A stretch of DNA of 38,201 nt, taken from positions 1-38,201 of the IMG/VR virus record IMGVR_UViG_3300014208_000080. One strand, given 5' to 3'. Both the position numbers and the translations under genes were made by a program. The notes below the pieces were generated by a model, which ran no database searches, was not told the DNA's origin, and was given only the letters and a program-made list of their open reading frames with translations. This document shows, one piece after another, positions 9,613-19,129 of this stretch (within the stretch, counting starts at the first letter, position 1; the number at the start of each line of letters is the position of its first letter). This DNA comes from a virus (taxonomy: Duplodnaviria; Caudoviricetes).

Positions 9613-11280
9613 ATGAAAAAGATATTTTTATTAATGGCTTTGTTCTATTCTATCTCCTTTTGTCAAGGTTGGAATGCTACGGTTATAACCACTATCAATG
9701 AGGGGACTTTTTCACAGATGGATTTGTTCACTAACAAGGACGGGAATCATCTTGTTATTAAAAAATCAAACGGTACTATCATGTATTATAATCTTAATTC
9801 AGCCGGTACTGTTGACGCCAACAAAACCGCAACATTAGAAACAGGCGCGGACTTTCCGAACATCGTTGGTTCAAATAACAAGATTTACGCTCTCTATCAA
9901 GTTGGGTCTTTGATCAAAGGGAAATCTTCATCCAATGGCGGTGCCTCTTGGGCAGATATGCCGAATAATATCAGTATCGGTTCAAACACTTGCAATGGTG
10001 TTGATGCAGTTTATGAAACTAACCAAGGTGTCCACATAGTTTGGGCGACCATGGATAATGGTTCTAATTTTGAAACGTACTACCACAGATTATACGAAAG
10101 TAATTTAAGTTGGGTAGATTACGAAGTTGTATCTACTATTGGCGGTTTACCTACGGTAACATTTTCTTCTAATAGAGTGCACGTGGGTTATAACACTTGC
10201 GATAATACTAGAGCTGCAAAAAGCAGAGACAGATATAATGGTAGTTGGCAATCACCACAAGAGATATTAAGTAGTAACTCGTACATCGAAAAACTACATG
10301 CAGGTTCAACGAAGCTTTTCGATTTCTATTATAGATATGATGGGGTTTTTAAACTTTGTGCGAAAACAAGAGATTTAAGTGGCACAACTTGGTCATCTGA
10401 ACATGTTGTATATACTGGCGGGGATAACACGGAGATACTTTCTGTAGCAAATACTGCTGATGGCAAAATACATCTCGTTTATTGTGGTGGTGGTCAGAAT
10501 ACGGTTCATACTACTTATGATGGAAGTAATTGGGGAGATGAGAATATTATCTCCACATGGGGATACCCAAGAATTTCGTCTACTACAAACGATCTATTTG
10601 TTATGTGGCATCGTGAAATGCAGGATTTGAGATACCTTCAGTACGATGCGATTCCTTCTGTTCCACAAAACAATCAAATTTCATTTCCATTAAATCAAAG
10701 CCCAGTGTTAACATGGAATGCAAATCCGGAGCCTGATATTGCTGGTTATAGAGTTTTCAAAGAGTATAAGGATTCAGATGGGAATGTATTGTTTAGTGGA
10801 TCGGAATTAAAAAGTGCTACAACTTATTCCTATACTGACAATACATTTACGGCTAACTATAAAACCGGAACAGATGTTGCCGCATATTGGGTTAAAGCAG
10901 AAGACCTAAACAGCTATGAATCAGGCGAAACTTCTCATCTTACTGGTAATGGGGTAAGTTATTATCAGCAAAAAATTGTTAGACATGACAAAACCGAAAA
11001 AACAGTCATTGAGGAATACGGTCTTTCCCAGAATTATCCTAACCCCTTTAACCCGAGCACAGAAATAAATTATCAAATACCCTCAAAAGGATTTGTTACC
11101 TTAAAAGTTTACGATGTTCTTGGAAACGAAGTTGCAACTCTTGTAAACGAGTGGAAAGAACCCGGAAGTTACAACGCTCAGTTTACAACTAGTGAGAAAC
11201 AACTTGCAAGCGGAATGTATTTCTACACGTTAAATGCTGGTAAATTTACGGATACGAAGAAGTTCATTTTATTGAAATAG
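9613..11280 (+). CDS. secreted protein (BNR/propeller-like plus FN3-like) with T9SS type A sorting domain
   Basis: Signal peptide MKKIFLL; SSNGGASW; LTWNANPEPDIAGYRV; LSQNYPNPFNPST...SGMYFYTL...KKFILLK. Confidence 0.9.
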   Translation: MKKIFLLMALFYSISFCQGWNATVITTINEGTFSQMDLFTNKDGNHLVIKKSNGTIMYYNLNSAGTVDANKTATLETGADFPNIVGSNNKIYALYQVGSLIKGKSSSNGGASWADMPNNISIGSNTCNGVDAVYETNQGVHIVWATMDNGSNFETYYHRLYESNLSWVDYEVVSTIGGLPTVTFSSNRVHVGYNTCDNTRAAKSRDRYNGSWQSPQEILSSNSYIEKLHAGSTKLFDFYYRYDGVFKLCAKTRDLSGTTWSSEHVVYTGGDNTEILSVANTADGKIHLVYCGGGQNTVHTTYDGSNWGDENIISTWGYPRISSTTNDLFVMWHREMQDLRYLQYDAIPSVPQNNQISFPLNQSPVLTWNANPEPDIAGYRVFKEYKDSDGNVLFSGSELKSATTYSYTDNTFTANYKTGTDVAAYWVKAEDLNSYESGETSHLTGNGVSYYQQKIVRHDKTEKTVIEEYGLSQNYPNPFNPSTEINYQIPSKGFVTLKVYDVLGNEVATLVNEWKEPGSYNAQFTTSEKQLASGMYFYTLNAGKFTDTKKFILLK

Positions 11281-11295
11281 TTCAAACTTATTTCA

Positions 11296-11330
11296 AACAG
11301 CAGCACAGATTTACAACCTGTGCTACTGTT
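11296..11330. terminator. stem-loop between convergent genes
   Basis: AACAGCAGCACAG / CTGTGCTACTGTT inverted repeat. Confidence 0.65.
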
Positions 11331-11383
11331 ATTAATGAGTATCAAAAATACTTTTCCCAAATAATCGATAATCCTTCTACCAA

Positions 11384-12538
11384 CTAATTCACCTTTACCG
11401 TCTCCGTTTCTTTTAGATCAAAATCACTTTCTTTTAGGTTATAGTTTTTCATATAATATTCTTTTGTGAACCTAACTCCTTGATCAGATAATACTTTATC
11501 CCGGTCAGCCAAATTTTTATCGATTTCTTTCTTGGAGAATAGCATGAACTTTGTCGTTTCGATGTTACCGTAGTTAAGAGTGTTATAATAACCGATCAAC
11601 TTTTTGAAAAACTTTTCTACTATTTTTTTATCCGGTTCGATGACGGTTTCGATCATCTCTTGATGGGTTTTTGATTGTGCATAAGAGCCAATGTTCTTGG
11701 CAATGGAAGTAAGTGTTTCCGTCAAGATCGCAAGACTGATTTCTTCTTTATGAAAATCAGTGAATTCTTTGAAGGCTGAAGAACTTCCTCCTTTGGTCTT
11801 AGACTCCAGAATATTGATCTTTGCCCCTTCCCTTTTTACAATCACACCAGTCTTTCTTAGTGCAACCAAATCGTTGAGAAATTCATCTTTCTTCCCTTCA
11901 TACATCGATTGAGGAAGTTCTCCCTCCAAAAATCCGGAACCGAATTTCTCAATGAAGTACGACCAATACTCTACCGCATTGGCTTTCATCTTAACATTCC
12001 AATAGCATTTCTTAATGAGCTTTTCTCCATAGGGATTCATATAGGAGGGATTATGCTGTGAGAGAATAAATTTATAATCGGGGAGATCAATTAGATCATC
12101 CATCTTATGTGGATTTTTTAATTTCAATACATTTTCATTATCGAAGGCAAACCAATCTTGCGGTTTTTCTTCAATTCTTTTTGGAAAATATTTTCCATCT
12201 TTGAATTCCCAAATTATTTCATGGACAGTATAGCCGTATAAAATAGCATCGAGAACCTGGTTCATCAGATCATTTAATTCTAATTGTTCAAAAAGGAGTT
12301 CCATCTCTTTGGTGTTTTTCATTTTCGCTGTGAACTCATGTTCCATCGCTTTAACGAATGCTTTTCTTTGAATAATGACTCCCGATAAGTGAGGATCATT
12401 TGTCAGTTTTTTATAATGCTCTATCGGGTTTCTGTAACCAATCAGCAACGTGTCGGGATCGGGAAGAATTTTACTTAACGAAGTATAGAAAGCATTGCTT
12501 TTTCTATTTGCCATTTCGTTTGTTAAAAGAGATTTCAT
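11384..12538 (-). CDS. portal protein, Mu gp29-like (DUF935)
   Basis: DPHLSGVIIQRK, LDAILYGYTVHEIIW, NPYGE, FIEKFG, ILTETLTS...GSYA...H. Confidence 0.9.
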   Translation of the reverse strand: MKSLLTNEMANRKSNAFYTSLSKILPDPDTLLIGYRNPIEHYKKLTNDPHLSGVIIQRKAFVKAMEHEFTAKMKNTKEMELLFEQLELNDLMNQVLDAILYGYTVHEIIWEFKDGKYFPKRIEEKPQDWFAFDNENVLKLKNPHKMDDLIDLPDYKFILSQHNPSYMNPYGEKLIKKCYWNVKMKANAVEYWSYFIEKFGSGFLEGELPQSMYEGKKDEFLNDLVALRKTGVIVKREGAKINILESKTKGGSSSAFKEFTDFHKEEISLAILTETLTSIAKNIGSYAQSKTHQEMIETVIEPDKKIVEKFFKKLIGYYNTLNYGNIETTKFMLFSKKEIDKNLADRDKVLSDQGVRFTKEYYMKNYNLKESDFDLKETETVKVN

Positions 12539-12554
12539 GGTGTACCTAAACTGA

Positions 12555-13832
12555 TTAATTGAAAAAGAGATTTTTATATTGGGCTGCTAGTGATGCCATC
12601 CCAAGATTTGCCGAGACGTGATCGATAGTTGTTTTCCTCCCCAAGAAGGGTTTTAGATATAGTAATGATTGGCTCATATCATCTACGCAGTCGTCGTGTT
12701 CAGCGTTTGGGAATTCTTCGCTCTGTTCATAAAAAATATCTAAGTAATCGAGATACTTGTAGACTTTAACTTTCCCTTGTTCCATGATAGGTGTAACTGC
12801 ATGGACACGACTTACTTTATCTGTATCGGGTTTTATTTTTACGATCGGGATGGTTGTTTCTCTTTCCATTTCTTGAATAAGAGATTGACCGGAAGCCTTA
12901 TCTTCAATAAGAACTTCCTCGACCCCCGGAATATTATGGTACAATTCAATGAACTTCTTTTTAAGTTCGGGGAATTCTACTTTTCCAACCCATTGGTGAA
13001 CAAGAAGTATTTCATCTTCCATTAATGCCCATGTTTGACATACGGAATAATCGTTCTCTTCTTTCGCTTTGAATGCAGTATCCCAGGCTTGAATAAGTTT
13101 AAGTATTTTTCGTGAACGAAAATCATAATCAAAAGTCGGGAGCCATGTTTTGCGGATAATCCCCTTTGAAAAAGTGTCAATGAACTTTCCATAGATCTCT
13201 TGATCTCTTAATAATGGAGAAACTTCTGAGACAGCTTCATCCACATCGGCTTTATTCAAGAGTGGATTATCGTAAGTCGAATAGTTAAATGACTTCCATC
13301 GAACACCGTCTGCCAACCCTCTTTGATAAAGTTCATAAAACAAATGTTTTTCTCCTTTGTGTTTTTTCCCTTTCGGTGTCCCCCCAATAATTACATTTGC
13401 ACCGTAATCCATCACCATAGGACGAATACTCTCTTCCCAGAGTCTTCTGTTCTTAAGAATGATTCCGGCTTCGTTGATGATGATCAATCGATATCCGAAT
13501 CCCTCAATGTTTTCGGGTGACTCTGCAGAGCGGAAATCAACCACTGAATTGTAAATCTTTAACTCCCCTTTTTGCCGATTGTATTTCCAAGCGGTTTTTG
13601 GTAGTGCTTTCAGTACGGGTAAAAAATATCGGTCAAAATATCTTTCGATATTTGAGTTCACAGTATCAACCCAAAGTATCGGACTTATCCCATCAATGCA
13701 ATTCTCGATCACATGAAGTGCCATTCCGCGCGTAAGTCCGAAACGCCGACCTTTCCCCACAACTTTGAATCGTGCGGGATCTTCAAACAGTTCAGCTTGT
13801 TTCGGCAAGTAATTTAATTCTAACTCACTCAT
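12555..13832 (-). CDS. terL: terminase large subunit
   Basis: KGRRFGLT, INEAG, GTPKG, STYDNP, WDTAF...DYS, IEDKASG, FPNAEHDDCVD. Confidence 0.92.
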   Translation of the reverse strand: MSELELNYLPKQAELFEDPARFKVVGKGRRFGLTRGMALHVIENCIDGISPILWVDTVNSNIERYFDRYFLPVLKALPKTAWKYNRQKGELKIYNSVVDFRSAESPENIEGFGYRLIIINEAGIILKNRRLWEESIRPMVMDYGANVIIGGTPKGKKHKGEKHLFYELYQRGLADGVRWKSFNYSTYDNPLLNKADVDEAVSEVSPLLRDQEIYGKFIDTFSKGIIRKTWLPTFDYDFRSRKILKLIQAWDTAFKAKEENDYSVCQTWALMEDEILLVHQWVGKVEFPELKKKFIELYHNIPGVEEVLIEDKASGQSLIQEMERETTIPIVKIKPDTDKVSRVHAVTPIMEQGKVKVYKYLDYLDIFYEQSEEFPNAEHDDCVDDMSQSLLYLKPFLGRKTTIDHVSANLGMASLAAQYKNLFFN

Positions 13833-14242
13833 GTAGATTCAATCTCTTTCGTTTCGTTCCGTATTTCTACTTCCCCTTTTGTATTCGTATTAATGGTTTG
13901 TTTCAATACGGTCAATGATTGATTTGGAGGAATTTGTAATGTGTCGGAGTGTCCGCAGAACTGTTTCCCCGCCCAAATAATAGCAGTGATGTTTCCTTTC
14001 AAGGCAAGTTCAATGAGTTTGGTGTTTATCTTTCTGACTAACTGACTTCTCCCCTTTTCGATCACATCAGCATATTTGTTTCGAATGGTTTTTTCGTCAC
14101 ATCCGGTAATAAAAGCTATCACCCGATTGGATAATCCTAATTGTCCCATCTTGACCAATTGTTTTTCATTCAGATATACCGGTTTTGTGGATTTTGACAC
14201 TTTATCATGCTCCGGTATCTCATTTACTTGCTCCGCACTCAT
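13829..14242 (-). CDS. terS: probable terminase small subunit
   Basis: HTH-like GLSNRVIAFITGCDEKTI; KGNITAIIWAGKQFCG; overlaps the terL start. Confidence 0.72.
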   Translation of the reverse strand: MSAEQVNEIPEHDKVSKSTKPVYLNEKQLVKMGQLGLSNRVIAFITGCDEKTIRNKYADVIEKGRSQLVRKINTKLIELALKGNITAIIWAGKQFCGHSDTLQIPPNQSLTVLKQTINTNTKGEVEIRNETKEIEST

Positions 14243-14351
14243 AAAAACCTTAATTATTTTTTACAAACTTAATAAATCTGCTTGTATATAGGCAGTTTTA
14301 TATTATATTTTGCCCAGATACTTAATAAATTTATTAATACTGAGTAAAAAT
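14243..14351. promoter_or_regulatory. divergent late-gene control region
   Basis: 109-bp AT-rich gap between the divergent terS and protease genes; promoter elements not firmly assigned. Confidence 0.5.
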
Positions 14352-15362
14352 ATGACCAAATGGTTTGAGATATTTAAAAGCGGAACTCACATCGATTCAG
14401 CCGGAGTGGAGCACACTTACACGGAAGCCGACCTTGACACCATTGCCTCTAATTATAATCCCCAACATTCGGAAGCTCCCCTGGTTATCGGACATCCGAA
14501 AACAAATGAACCTGCTTACGGATGGGTTGGTGAAGTAAAAAGGTTTGGTTCTTCTCTCTTCGCTAAAGCAAAAAGTATCGTCCCGGAATTTGAACAAGCT
14601 ATCAAGGATGGACTATTCAAAAAACGATCGATCGCAATAAACCCGGATAACACTTTGCGACATGTCGGCTTTTTAGGTGCTGTACCTCCTGCAGTTAAGG
14701 GAATGCAAGATTTAGCATTTGAAGCTAATACAGAAACGCAAACTTTTGAAATATCTGAGTTTGCCGATCAAGAAGATTTGCCTTTAACGGAAGAGCCGGT
14801 AATCCCCGAAGTAGTTTCTACACCGTTAAAAGTTAAGGAGGCGGAAATCATTCCGGAATCAGCCGGTGTTGTTCCTTCGACAGAAAATTTTACTTCACCC
14901 GAAGCTGCTGCAGTGATTACCCCGGATGAGGAAACAAATTTACGTTTGCAGCTTTCAAAGTCGTATGTAAAGCAGAGAATTTCGGAGTTTGAAATTTATC
15001 TGATGGAAAAACTGGCGTATGGAAATATCACCGTACCAATGAAAAATTCTTTGATGAAATTAGTTGAGATCGTCTCGACGGTAAATTTCAATGAATCTCA
15101 ATTATCGAATAGTTTTAACTTTTCTGACGGTTCTGTTGGTGATCCTCTTGAAGTTGTAAAGAGTTTGACCAACGAAATTTCAACTTTGAACTTGACGAAG
15201 GAATTTGCCGTGAAAAGTGAGAATAACTCCAAGGAAGATATCTCATTTTCCGATTTCAATGTCGATGAAGAAAGTTTAATTCTTCACAAAAAAATATTAG
15301 CCACAGCTAAAGAGAAAAATATCCTTTATGCTGAGGCAGCAAAGATTGTGTTTAATTCCTAA
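14352..15362 (+). CDS. Mu-like head maturation protease/scaffold
   Basis: WFEIFKSGTH, APLVIGHP, PAYGWV, LRHVGFLGAVPPAVKG; the ATG at 14352 is the preferred start. Confidence 0.88.
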   Translation: MTKWFEIFKSGTHIDSAGVEHTYTEADLDTIASNYNPQHSEAPLVIGHPKTNEPAYGWVGEVKRFGSSLFAKAKSIVPEFEQAIKDGLFKKRSIAINPDNTLRHVGFLGAVPPAVKGMQDLAFEANTETQTFEISEFADQEDLPLTEEPVIPEVVSTPLKVKEAEIIPESAGVVPSTENFTSPEAAAVITPDEETNLRLQLSKSYVKQRISEFEIYLMEKLAYGNITVPMKNSLMKLVEIVSTVNFNESQLSNSFNFSDGSVGDPLEVVKSLTNEISTLNLTKEFAVKSENNSKEDISFSDFNVDEESLILHKKILATAKEKNILYAEAAKIVFNS

Positions 15363-15387
15363 TTCGTAATTCCTAATTCGTAATTCA
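15353..15387. repeat. heptamer tandem repeat (TAATTCN) x5
   Basis: TAATTCC TAATTCG TAATTCC TAATTCG TAATTCA spanning the protease stop. Confidence 0.85.
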
Positions 15388-15402
15388 TATAACGAGGTAA
15401 AA

Positions 15403-16326
15403 ATGTCGCTCTTAAATAAAAGGATCGTTGATCCGGTATTAACTTCCCTTGCAAGAGGGTTTTCACAACCAAATTTAGTTGCTTCACAACTCTTCCCCGA
15501 GGTGTTTGTTGAAAAAGAAGGAGGGAAAGTTCCTTTGTTTAACAAGGAAGCTTTTAAAATTTACAATACGGAAAGAGCTATTCGGGCAAATTCAAATGTT
15601 ATCAATCCGGAAGGGATCAATACTCTCCCATACTCTTTAACTGAACATGATATCGCTTATCCTATGGATTACCGTGAGGTAGCGGAAGATATCCGAAACT
15701 TAAAAGTTTATGCAACTCATGTGACCACGGAAACGATAAAACTCCGTTTGGAAAAACAAGTAGCTGATCTTGTTCAGAACCTTGCATCTTTTCCAGTCGG
15801 GAATAAAGTGACTCTTGCAGCCGGAGATAAGTTTGATAATGATGCAAGTAATCCTGTTCACATCTTTGAATCTGCTAAAGAGGCTGTTCGAGCGAAGATT
15901 GCTAAGCGTCCTAATGTCGCCATCATTGGGGCTTCTGCTTATTCTGCCTTGAAAAACCATCCGAAGATTTTGGAGAAGATACGTTACACCCAGCATGCCA
16001 TCATGACTCCGGCTCTCCTTGCATCTCTCCTGGAGATCCCAAATCTTTTTATCGGTGAAGCTGTCTACTCTTCCGATGATGATGTCTTTGCTGATGTTTG
16101 GTCCGATAATGTTGTCCTTGCCTACATTCCGGGACAAGCTACCAACGTTGAAAGAAGTTTGTACGAACCTTCGTTTGGTTATACGTTCAAGAAAAGAAAT
16201 TTCCCGATCGTTGATGTCTATGCCGGTGAAGGGAACAAAGTTGAGTTCGTCAGAAATACCGACATCTTCCAGGCGCTTATTGTTGGAGCTGACGCCGGTT
16301 TCTTAATTAATGATACAAATTCATAA
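15403..16326 (+). CDS. major capsid protein
   Basis: VDPVLTSLARGF, EPSFGYTF, GADAGFLI; 307 aa directly after the protease. Confidence 0.88.
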   Translation: MSLLNKRIVDPVLTSLARGFSQPNLVASQLFPEVFVEKEGGKVPLFNKEAFKIYNTERAIRANSNVINPEGINTLPYSLTEHDIAYPMDYREVAEDIRNLKVYATHVTTETIKLRLEKQVADLVQNLASFPVGNKVTLAAGDKFDNDASNPVHIFESAKEAVRAKIAKRPNVAIIGASAYSALKNHPKILEKIRYTQHAIMTPALLASLLEIPNLFIGEAVYSSDDDVFADVWSDNVVLAYIPGQATNVERSLYEPSFGYTFKKRNFPIVDVYAGEGNKVEFVRNTDIFQALIVGADAGFLINDTNS

Positions 16327-16359
16327 CTGTTCGCTGACTAGTTAAGGAAAGAGATTTTT

Positions 16360-16629
16360 ATGGTACAAGAGAATTTAGATCCATTAAATTCACCCGACGA
16401 TTTACCCCGATCGTCGGGACAACCAACGAAGAAATACTACAAAGTAGTCGGGACTGATCTTTACAGAAATAAAAAAATAATTCGTGAAGGCTCGATTGTA
16501 GATTTCTTTGAACCGGCGTTTGCTCCTTTTTTAGTCCCGGTAAATGAAGCTGATGTCCCTCCTTCCGTTCAGATTGAACCGGAAACTATCAGCTCTAAAC
16601 CCGGTCGTGGAAGACAAAGAAAAAACTAA
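16360..16629 (+). CDS. small head-region protein
   Basis: 89 aa following the capsid gene, with a basic C-terminal tail. Confidence 0.6.
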   Translation: MVQENLDPLNSPDDLPRSSGQPTKKYYKVVGTDLYRNKKIIREGSIVDFFEPAFAPFLVPVNEADVPPSVQIEPETISSKPGRGRQRKN

Positions 16630-16682
16630 CGGGATATTTTTAATTACTATTTGTGACAAATCAATTTTATGGAGAATGTTAA

Positions 16683-17018
16683 ATGAAAACCGAACAAATA
16701 ATTTTGACCACTTCAATCAAAGCTGCAGTCGATCTTTCTACAAAGAAAAACCTTTTTATCGGGTTTACCGGTGCTCTTTGCGCCGCAAATGAAAAGTCTC
16801 TTGGAATATTAGCTGAAAACGTGTTAGTTGATGAGCAAGCTCCTGTAGCTGTTGTCGGTATCGCGCTTGTAAAGTCGGGCGCTGCCGTAGTCGTTGGTGC
16901 AGAAATTTCTTCCGATGCAGCAAGTAAAGCAGTTACCAAAGTTGCCGGAGCTCTCAATGGCTATGCTATGGATGCTGCAACCGGTGCTGATCAGCTTATC
17001 AGAGTTAAATTGGTTTAA
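16683..17018 (+). CDS. capsid cement/decoration protein (DUF2190-like)
   Basis: Ala/Gly-rich; GIALVKSGAAVVVGAEISSDAASKAV...GYAMDAATGADQLIRVKL. Confidence 0.8.
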   Translation: MKTEQIILTTSIKAAVDLSTKKNLFIGFTGALCAANEKSLGILAENVLVDEQAPVAVVGIALVKSGAAVVVGAEISSDAASKAVTKVAGALNGYAMDAATGADQLIRVKLV

Positions 17019-17032
17019 TCTAAAGTTTAAGT

Positions 17033-17452
17033 ATGCAGTCTATTTCGGGATTCTTTAAGTTCTACTCAAAAGAGTTGATCTCCAATCTTTTGAACGATGA
17101 AAAGAGAGCGACTAACCTAATTGATTTTGGTCTTGAATCGGATGTCTGTTCCTTGCGTTTGGTTCAATGTATCAAACAAGCTGAGGCGGAAGTCGCTCTC
17201 TATTTATCGAATCCCGATTATGACTCCGTTCTCGTACAAAATATGGTTAATGACTTCACTGCTGAATATGTTTATAAACGGAGAGGCGTCCTCCCTGTTC
17301 CGTCATCAATTAAGGATGCTTGCAAAGAGCACAGAGAAAATCTTTTGTCGATAAATCAACAAAAATTAGATGCTCTTTCATTACCTCAGTTTGTGAACTC
17401 TTCAGTTAGTGAAGTTGCTATTGAGAACTCAAGGATGTTCATTTATGATTAA
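17033..17452 (+). CDS. head-tail adaptor (Mu gp36/DUF1320-like)
   Basis: CIKQAEAEVALYL...YVYKRR helical pattern plus synteny. Confidence 0.6.
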   Translation: MQSISGFFKFYSKELISNLLNDEKRATNLIDFGLESDVCSLRLVQCIKQAEAEVALYLSNPDYDSVLVQNMVNDFTAEYVYKRRGVLPVPSSIKDACKEHRENLLSINQQKLDALSLPQFVNSSVSEVAIENSRMFIYD

Positions 17453-17870
17453 TCCTTTAGTATTGAAAGCTTTTCTCTCCGGGATCCTTGAAGCGCAGAC
17501 TTTCCTCTTTCCCTACTTGAAAAGCAGTATGACGATCGATGAAGCTTTGATCACTTCGGGAAGTATTCTTTTGTCTTACGAAGGTTCAATTTATTCTTAT
17601 TCTCCGAATAACATAAATCTTCCTTCAAAAGTTGTAGCTAAATCTCAATTCAAAGTGTCCGTAGTTTATCAAAGTCTGATTCAAGATGATCAATCGTTGA
17701 TTGTTTTCAATGATGTTGTTTTATTGATCAATGGAACAAATATGGACGAAGTTAAGATGAAACCTTTCAGAATTATTAAAGATGAACTGAAACAATACAA
17801 AGATAAATATGGGGTTTTTGAGCATTCGATCTTTTTTGAAACTGAATATTCTTTTACTCAAATAGTTTAA
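17445..17870 (+). CDS. putative neck/tail-terminator protein
   Basis: Assigned on size, beta-rich character and position after the adaptor only. Confidence 0.45.
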   Translation: MINPLVLKAFLSGILEAQTFLFPYLKSSMTIDEALITSGSILLSYEGSIYSYSPNNINLPSKVVAKSQFKVSVVYQSLIQDDQSLIVFNDVVLLINGTNMDEVKMKPFRIIKDELKQYKDKYGVFEHSIFFETEYSFTQIV

Positions 17871-17884
17871 TTAAGAAAATATTT

Positions 17885-18172
17885 ATGGAATTAACCTTCT
17901 CACAATTCTTTCACCAAAATTTCGGGCTTATTCTTACTTCCACCGTTTTAATTGGTGTCAATTATGGTGTGATCAAAACTCAAATGAAAAATAAAATCGA
18001 TAAGGTAGAAGCTGCTGAATTAATCGATAATAAAATTGCTATGCATGCTAGCAATCAATCTTCTTATTCAAATGTTTCCGGCGCAAGGCTGGAAACGAAA
18101 GTCGAAAATATTGAGAAGAAATTAACGACCGTTGAATCTGATGTTAAAGAAATCTTAAAGAGAGTAGGCTAA
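17885..18172 (+). CDS. membrane-anchored coiled-coil protein (lysis region)
   Basis: One N-terminal TM segment; LETKVENIEKKLTTVESDVKEIL. Confidence 0.6.
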   Translation: MELTFSQFFHQNFGLILTSTVLIGVNYGVIKTQMKNKIDKVEAAELIDNKIAMHASNQSSYSNVSGARLETKVENIEKKLTTVESDVKEILKRVG

Positions 18173-18333
18173 TGAAAAACTTTTTATCTCACTGGAAAAC
18201 ATCTTTCTTCGGTGTTCTGTCAATTGGTTTTGGTCTATTGATCGGATTTAGATCGAATGATTGGGTAACAGCTTCCCCTTTCTTCGTTTCGGGTTTGGGA
18301 TTACTTAACGCTAAGGATTTTAATAAAACATGA
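18172..18333 (+). CDS. putative holin, 53 aa (missing from the ORF track)
   Basis: MKNFLSHWKTSFFGVLSIGFGLLIGFRSNDWVTASPFFVSGLGLLNAKDFNKT*; two hydrophobic segments; coupled to its neighbours by TAATG and ATGA overlaps. Confidence 0.72.
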   Translation: MKNFLSHWKTSFFGVLSIGFGLLIGFRSNDWVTASPFFVSGLGLLNAKDFNKT

Positions 18334-18788
18334 TCAATGAAATAATTGTTAAAAACGGAATTACAAATTTTTCTGTTGAAGAAGTCTTGCACGGTAATCT
18401 TGAAAGAGATATTCCGCTTATTCTAATTCCGAATATTGCCCCAACTTTGAAGCTTATGCAGTTGATTAGAGATGATATCGGTATTCCGATTGAATTTAAT
18501 TCTACTTTTCGTAGTGCAAAACACAATTTAGAGGTCAACGGTAAATCCGGTTCGTTGCATCTTTCGTTCAATGCAATTGATTTCGCCCCGGTGAATTTAA
18601 CAACTAATATTTTACATACCATCTATGCTGATTTTCTAAGAGGCAAATATCAATTTGATTTTGAGTTCAATGGCAAATTGTTTCATGTTAAACCTACATT
18701 GTGCGGTATTGGTTTGTATGACAAATTCATTCACGTTGACACCAGAGGGCTGTTAGGAAGACTTTCACCGGCGGTTTGGAGAGGTTGA
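18330..18788 (+). CDS. endolysin, peptidase M15 family
   Basis: STFRSAKHN, SLHLSFNAIDF, GIGLYDKFIHVDTRG. Confidence 0.9.
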   Translation: MINEIIVKNGITNFSVEEVLHGNLERDIPLILIPNIAPTLKLMQLIRDDIGIPIEFNSTFRSAKHNLEVNGKSGSLHLSFNAIDFAPVNLTTNILHTIYADFLRGKYQFDFEFNGKLFHVKPTLCGIGLYDKFIHVDTRGLLGRLSPAVWRG

Positions 18789-18790
18789 CC

Positions 18791-19129
18791 ATGCAGATAA
18801 AACCGATTCATATTGTTTCGTTCGCCATGTTATTAGGGTTAGTCATTTTCAACATCGTTTTTCTTACTGCTATAAATGATAGAATTAAATCGGACGATAT
18901 GACTTTTGAAAATTCAATCCGGTCTCTCACTGTCCAGATTGATTCAATAAATGGAGTAACACAATCGCGGTTAGACAGTGTTCAGATCATCTCTAACAAA
19001 AAAACAGAAATCAAAAACTATTACACACAGAAATTTTATGAGATCGATTCGCTCCATAACGATAGTTCTCTTGTTCGTTTTATTAGGAAGCAACTACAAG
19101 ACTTACGGTCAGTCCAACAGTTTAACTAA
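18791..19129 (+). CDS. i-spanin-like protein
   Basis: N-terminal TM plus coiled coil, downstream of the endolysin. Confidence 0.5.
   Translation: MQIKPIHIVSFAMLLGLVIFNIVFLTAINDRIKSDDMTFENSIRSLTVQIDSINGVTQSRLDSVQIISNKKTEIKNYYTQKFYEIDSLHNDSSLVRFIRKQLQDLRSVQQFN

Noticed and set aside
11384-17452. Transposable Mu-like phage
   Set aside because: The head genes are Mu-like, but there is no MuA/MuB in the window and replication is initiator plus DnaB.
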